The position numbers and the translations under genes are program-made. Of a DNA stretch of 50,058 bases, positions 45,517-50,058 are shown piece after piece. The number at the start of each line of letters is the position of its first letter. Within the stretch, counting starts at the first letter, position 1. Below the pieces are notes generated by a model. That model searched no databases, was not told where the DNA came from, and worked only from the letters and a program-made list of their open reading frames with translations. The DNA is taken from IMG/VR virus record IMGVR_UViG_3300025313_000023, positions 1-50,058 of that record. One strand, written 5' to 3'. Origin of the DNA: a virus. Its lineage: Duplodnaviria > Caudoviricetes.

Positions 45517-46980
45517 TCAGGCCGTCGGCGAGTAGTACGAAAGATCAAGCGCGTCTCGGTTGGTGCCTCCACCGTCGACGTAGTAGCTGTTGTCGGTGAA
45601 CGGGCTCCGCTCATGGCCGACGCTGCAGAACTTCACGTCGTCGATGCGCGCCGCGAGGTGCGGCGTCTCAAGGATGGTCCGCCACTCAGTCTTGGCGAGC
45701 AGCTGGACGCAGAAGTTCGTGGGCGGCTTGGCGTGCCAGAGGTAGCGCCCACCGTTGGTGGTGAAGTACGAGCCGGTGGGGGCGAGTACCTTGGCGGCAT
45801 CCATCGCCGCGCCGGGCCCGTCGTAGTTGAAGTATTCGAGGAAGCTGACGGGCCGGCCGCCGAGGACGGTCAGAGGGACGAAGTAGATGTCGCTCTGCTG
45901 GCAGGAGCCGACCAGCTCGGTCTCGGGGATCCCGTCGTCCAGCACGACCGGGAACTTCACACCGTCGACGAGCAGGTACTGGTTCGCCCGCATGTCGTCG
46001 CGCATCTCGTTCATGCGCCCGACATCGATATTACCCTGGACGTTCGTTCCGGCCACCGAGCATCGGTAGCTCTCATAGCTGCAGGGCCAGAACTCGGTGA
46101 TCTCCCAGAAGAGACCCCAGGTCATGGCGAAGACCCAGTTGACTGGCGAGAGGCCAGCGCGGTCGGCGATGTAACGGCGGTTGCGGACCACGTTCGTGAT
46201 CAGCCGCAGGAACTCGGTCTCGTTGCCGCTCAGGAACTTGTTGAAGGTCCGGACATCCGAATCGGCGGCCGGGCAGGCAACGCCGGTCTCGGCGTCACGA
46301 TAGCCGTCGTTGATCAGGATGTCGAGGCCGTAGGGCTCCTTGTAGCCCTGGTCGAGGTTGTTGGTCGGGTTGCCGGTGTAGAGCTGGTCGGCGAAGTCAC
46401 GACCCCACGCCACGGCCATCTCGAAGAGCGCCTTGGCGAGCTCGTTCCGGAGAGCTGCGTCCGGGCTTGCTCCGCCCGGCATCGTCGGGATCCAGAAGTT
46501 CATCCCGGCCGCCAGGGGATCGCCGATCAACTGCAGATCAGTGAAATCCGAGCGGTCACGGACGCGGCCGAAGCGGTCGAGTTCGAAGACCCGGCTCATG
46601 CGGCTGAAGCGGCCCCAGACGAAAGCATGCGTACACATCTTCATCAGGCCAGCGACGGGCGGGTCGATGCAGGGCCCGGTCGGCTCTTCTCCCGAGGAGG
46701 CCGTCACGCCCGTCATCAGGCCGTAGAGCGGATTGTCTGTGTTGGCCGTGCGGCTCGGCAGGAGGTCGAGCAGGCCGAGCTTCGGCATGACCATCGCGTT
46801 GATCACGTCGCGTTCGAGGCCGGGGAAGGAGAAGGCTCCCGCCTGTCCGTAGATCCCGCCGTGACCGTACACGGTCGTCGGTGTCGAGCTAACAGCCTTG
46901 TGACGCGCTCCGCCGGCCTGCGCGCCGATCTGGCCAATCAACTGTGCGGCGAGCTTCTGATAATCAATCGTTGCTTCCAC
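45517..46980 (-). CDS. Major capsid protein
   Basis: Follows protease/scaffold; GGGAGG RBS; LYTGN...GL; size. Confidence 0.78.
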   Translation of the reverse strand: MEATIDYQKLAAQLIGQIGAQAGGARHKAVSSTPTTVYGHGGIYGQAGAFSFPGLERDVINAMVMPKLGLLDLLPSRTANTDNPLYGLMTGVTASSGEEPTGPCIDPPVAGLMKMCTHAFVWGRFSRMSRVFELDRFGRVRDRSDFTDLQLIGDPLAAGMNFWIPTMPGGASPDAALRNELAKALFEMAVAWGRDFADQLYTGNPTNNLDQGYKEPYGLDILINDGYRDAETGVACPAADSDVRTFNKFLSGNETEFLRLITNVVRNRRYIADRAGLSPVNWVFAMTWGLFWEITEFWPCSYESYRCSVAGTNVQGNIDVGRMNEMRDDMRANQYLLVDGVKFPVVLDDGIPETELVGSCQQSDIYFVPLTVLGGRPVSFLEYFNYDGPGAAMDAAKVLAPTGSYFTTNGGRYLWHAKPPTNFCVQLLAKTEWRTILETPHLAARIDDVKFCSVGHERSPFTDNSYYVDGGGTNRDALDLSYYSPTA

Positions 46981-47022
46981 GTTTCAGTCCTCCCAAAGCT
47001 GGGAATGAGTCCGGTTCGTCGG

Positions 47023-47033
47023 GATTATACAGC
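47023..47033 (-). promoter_or_regulatory. GCTGTATAATC motif upstream of the capsid gene
   Basis: Identical to 36696-36706. Confidence 0.5.
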
Positions 47034-47038
47034 GATTC

Positions 47039-48928
47039 TCAGGACTGCTTCGGTCCACCTCCGAGGACGAGCGTCTCAACGCCCGCGCCGCTGGACGACT
47101 TGATGGCGCCCAGGAACTTGTCGGTGAAGTGCGCGTCGACGGTCGGCATGGCCGCCTTCAGCTCCTCTTGCTTCTCGGCCGGGAGATTGTCGATCTTCGA
47201 CTTGTCCTGCTCCGTGACGCGCTCGCCGCGCTTGATTGCCCGCGGCGTCAAATCTCCAAGGTCGGCCACCTGCGCCTTCACAGTATCGAAGGATGCGGCC
47301 AGGTCCTTGACGGTCGCGGCGACGGCCTCGATGCTCGTCTTGGTCTCCTTGGAGGCCGAGCCCATCATGTCGCTCACGACGGCCGACATCAGCTTCGTCA
47401 GCTCGCCCAGCGTCATGTCGCCGATCTTCGTGTTCTCATCCGGCTGGGCTGGGGCGGCGTCCGCGGCCGGCTCGGCGGGTGCGTCCTGCTTCGTGGCTTC
47501 GTCGAGCAGGTTCTGCGCGTGAGCCTGAACCTCGTCCTTGTTCAGCCCGGCAGCGGTCGACTGCGGGATCCGACCGATGGCGTTGCGGAGGTGCGGCAGG
47601 TCGACTGCGCCCTCCGAGTTCTTGTAGGGGAAGTGGCGTAGGCTGCGGGGAACCGTCTTGCCTGCCTCGTCCTTCTCGCCGCCAGCCTCGATGAAGAGGA
47701 ACGATTCGTCAGCGAGATCATTGATATAGCTGACATCCCATTCGGCGCGGGTCGTGGCGGCCACGGCGTCATCCTTCGCTTCCGCCATCGTTGCCTCTGG
47801 AGCCGGCGCTGCGGCCGCCGCTGGGGCTGCCTCGGGGGCTGGGGCCGCTGCGGCTGGCACCCACTCCTGCTTGACCTCGATCCAGGTCGAGATGTCGCCG
47901 ATCATCGCCGCCTCGCCGTCGTCGGTGTATGGCGCGCTGTAGGTCTTGCCGTCCAGCGAGATGATGACGTGATCATCGAAGATGACACTCGCCCACATTT
48001 CCGATGACATCGGCCCATAGGCAGGATAGAGCTTATGGACAGCGGTCCGCACACGACCGGGCTTCGCCTCGAGGTCCTCTTCCTGCTTCGTCTCGGCTGT
48101 GCCCGGCGGGTGATCGAGCGCCACCGGCGCAGGGGATACTCCTTCCTTGTGCCGAACGCCGGCATCCAGGGCGCGCTGCTCGATGCCGGAGACGTCGGTC
48201 AGATAGTCCTTGACCGCCTCAGGATCCCCGATGAGTTCGCCCAGCTTTTTCACTTTGGATTCGTCCATGCCCTGCTCCTCCTTGGAGACCAAGAGCGTGA
48301 TCCAGGGGTTCGAGGCCTTGTCCTTCGGCAGCAAGGACCGCTCGAACCGCTCAACCGAATTGTACACCCCATCCTGATCCGGGTCGCGCACCGGATGGAA
48401 GAAGCCAAGTGATCCGGACAGATCTCCGATGTGCGCCTCGACAGCCTCGGCGATCCTGGCATCCTTGAAGGTCCCGCTCTCGATGAGCATCTTGCCGTGC
48501 ATGGCGTTGAAGTCGCAATCGCCAATGTGCGTCTCTTCGACGTGCCACCAGCGGAGCGGGCCATATGTCCCGAGCGCGTCCGCCCGGGCAACGTCGGCAG
48601 TCAGCGCCTTCTCCGACAGGATCTCACCGTCCCGATCTTCGAAGGCGTTGGAGGTGGACATCACCCAACGATAGGAGCCGTCCGCCTGCTTGATGACCGA
48701 TAGCCGAGTGGCGTTGGCCTTCGAGGCAAGGATCCACTGATCGCCCTTCGCCTGGCGCAGGATGGCAGCCGACGCCTTGGCGACCGCGGTCTCGTCCGCC
48801 TTCACGACGCTCTCATGGCAGATGGCGATGGCGGACTCCTTGTCGAGGCTCGAATCGCCCGCCATCACCTTCTCAACGCAGGAATCCATCTTGGGCCACA
48901 GCGCCTCGTCAACGTTGGGATAGGGCAT
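47039..48928 (-). CDS. Prohead protease/scaffold fusion
   Basis: DRDGE...WWH...SLGF...ERSL...ASNP protease pattern; acidic Ala/Pro-rich C-terminus; internal RBS-ATG at 48268. Confidence 0.78.
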   Translation of the reverse strand: MPYPNVDEALWPKMDSCVEKVMAGDSSLDKESAIAICHESVVKADETAVAKASAAILRQAKGDQWILASKANATRLSVIKQADGSYRWVMSTSNAFEDRDGEILSEKALTADVARADALGTYGPLRWWHVEETHIGDCDFNAMHGKMLIESGTFKDARIAEAVEAHIGDLSGSLGFFHPVRDPDQDGVYNSVERFERSLLPKDKASNPWITLLVSKEEQGMDESKVKKLGELIGDPEAVKDYLTDVSGIEQRALDAGVRHKEGVSPAPVALDHPPGTAETKQEEDLEAKPGRVRTAVHKLYPAYGPMSSEMWASVIFDDHVIISLDGKTYSAPYTDDGEAAMIGDISTWIEVKQEWVPAAAAPAPEAAPAAAAAPAPEATMAEAKDDAVAATTRAEWDVSYINDLADESFLFIEAGGEKDEAGKTVPRSLRHFPYKNSEGAVDLPHLRNAIGRIPQSTAAGLNKDEVQAHAQNLLDEATKQDAPAEPAADAAPAQPDENTKIGDMTLGELTKLMSAVVSDMMGSASKETKTSIEAVAATVKDLAASFDTVKAQVADLGDLTPRAIKRGERVTEQDKSKIDNLPAEKQEELKAAMPTVDAHFTDKFLGAIKSSSGAGVETLVLGGGPKQS

Positions 48929-49392
48929 CAGGACCTCGCTTGCCGCGCGGCTTCGCTGTCGATCGCTCTCTGCAGTTGCCTCGGGAACTCGTCGTGCCAC
49001 TTGGCTCGGATGGCCTCGTCGAATTCCCGGGCCTCGATGCCCGGCCGGACGATCTTCTTGCTGACGATCACGACGCCGCCTTGCCCTTTGTTGGCGCCGA
49101 TGTAGCGCCGGCGACTCTTGGGGCGGAAGCCAGGTTCCATGAGCGCGTGTCTGACCGCAGTGCCTCGGTTGACGTAGCCGTAGATCTCATTGTCCGTGAA
49201 CACCTTGCGCTCGCCCGTATGGCTCTCAATCGTGAAGTCCGGCCGGTCCGCCCAGCTGCTCGTCGTCGTGTCGAAGTCGACCTTGATGGCGCGGGCCGTC
49301 TCGGTGAGAGAGTTCTCCACGACACGCAGGTAGCGGCGGGGATCAAGCAGGTCCTTCGGGGGCAGGATGACCTTGATGAACTCATCGGCCAT
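48928..49392 (-). CDS. HK97 gp10-like neck/tail-completion protein
   Basis: YVNRGT...KKIVRPGIEAREF. Confidence 0.6.
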   Translation of the reverse strand: MADEFIKVILPPKDLLDPRRYLRVVENSLTETARAIKVDFDTTTSSWADRPDFTIESHTGERKVFTDNEIYGYVNRGTAVRHALMEPGFRPKSRRRYIGANKGQGGVVIVSKKIVRPGIEAREFDEAIRAKWHDEFPRQLQRAIDSEAARQARS

Positions 49393-49422
49393 GTCGAGGG
49401 AAGTGTAGCACAGGTGGGAGCC

Positions 49423-49665
49423 TCACTCAACAAGCGCACTAGCCTTGGCGACAACCTGAATATCCCATCCGTCGACGATAACCTCCAACGTCAGGCGGCC
49501 AAATGGATCTAAGCTCTGCCTATCGATGTTGTCGGCGATCTCCCGAAGCAGATCAATCTCGGCCTGACGCATCTGTGAGGCTGGATCCTCGGCAGGGCTG
49601 AGATCGAATGAGCGAGATCGCCAACTCCAAGGCACAGACCAGGGTGTTTCAGCATCATCACTCAA
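49423..49665 (-). CDS. Hypothetical acidic protein
   Basis: GGAGG RBS; overlaps the upstream stop. Confidence 0.5.
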   Translation of the reverse strand: MSDDAETPWSVPWSWRSRSFDLSPAEDPASQMRQAEIDLLREIADNIDRQSLDPFGRLTLEVIVDGWDIQVVAKASALVE

Positions 49666-50058
49666 GTAGACCTCCCCTGATTTTCACCGGCGACCACTGC
49701 GCCTCCCTTTCCAAACATGTATCGCACGAGTCATCCTTCGAGCGCTCCCAGTAGCAGTCGTAGTCTCCCTCGGCATCGTCGATGACTTCGATCCGCCAGG
49801 AACAACCGCAGTTCGTTCGGCACTGTGTCCCCTGCGCTGGCATCGCCGGCAGCGGGAGGAAGTCAACCTCGCCAGTCCAATACGGTTCCTTGATGGCGCC
49901 GGCGTAGCCCTCAGCCCGGGCCTCATAGCCCGCCTGCCACTCCTCCGCCGAGACGATCTCGGCCCCGAAGTTGGCGAGGTAGGCGAACTGATCATCAGTC
50001 ATGTTCAGCAGGATCGTGGCCGCCTTCTCGTCAATCTCATCGCTCCCCTGACCAAGCA
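49658..50058 (-). CDS. C-terminal part of MuF-like/minor head protein
   Basis: P...QC..NCGC and W...SCDTC motifs; continuous with 7-397. Confidence 0.6.
   Translation of the reverse strand, partial: LGQGSDEIDEKAATILLNMTDDQFAYLANFGAEIVSAEEWQAGYEARAEGYAGAIKEPYWTGEVDFLPLPAMPAQGTQCRTNCGCSWRIEVIDDAEGDYDCYWERSKDDSCDTCLEREAQWSPVKIRGGLLE
49933..50058. repeat. Direct terminal repeat, second copy
   Basis: Identical to 7-132. Confidence 0.95.

Noticed and set aside
45409-45520. Hammerhead ribozyme or tRNA in the post-capsid gap
   Set aside because: No CUGANGA core in the junction and no T-loop or anticodon cloverleaf

Overview
The window looks like a complete, circularly permuted ~49.9 kb GC-rich tailed phage genome (siphovirus-like); bases 7-132 repeat exactly at 49933-50058. 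The minus strand carries packaging, head, tail and lysis genes: terS/terL, portal, a 22-aa-repeat fibre-like protein, MuF-like protein across the junction, protease/scaffold, major capsid, tail tube, chaperone, tape measure, tail tip, endolysin and holin-like genes. The plus strand (11.3-23.9 kb) is an early/replication arm with a Rad52/Red-beta-like annealing protein, lambda-O-like initiator with iterons, DnaC-like loader, ASCH and RusA. I found no integrase, DNA polymerase, tRNA or CRISPR array. A monoderm host, possibly Chloroflexota, is inferred. Most notable: (1) a putative phage-encoded sortase with a nearby HPGTG-anchored secreted substrate; (2) an array of small genes joined by a conserved ~26-bp RBS/start/stop connector; (3) a glycosyltransferase/methyltransferase island directly after the capsid gene, suggesting virion glycosylation; (4) a probable SD-stimulated +1 frameshift in the tail chaperone; (5) a tail tube fused to an Asp-box propeller; (6) structured RNA leaders. 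All family calls come from motif recognition by eye; no searches were run.
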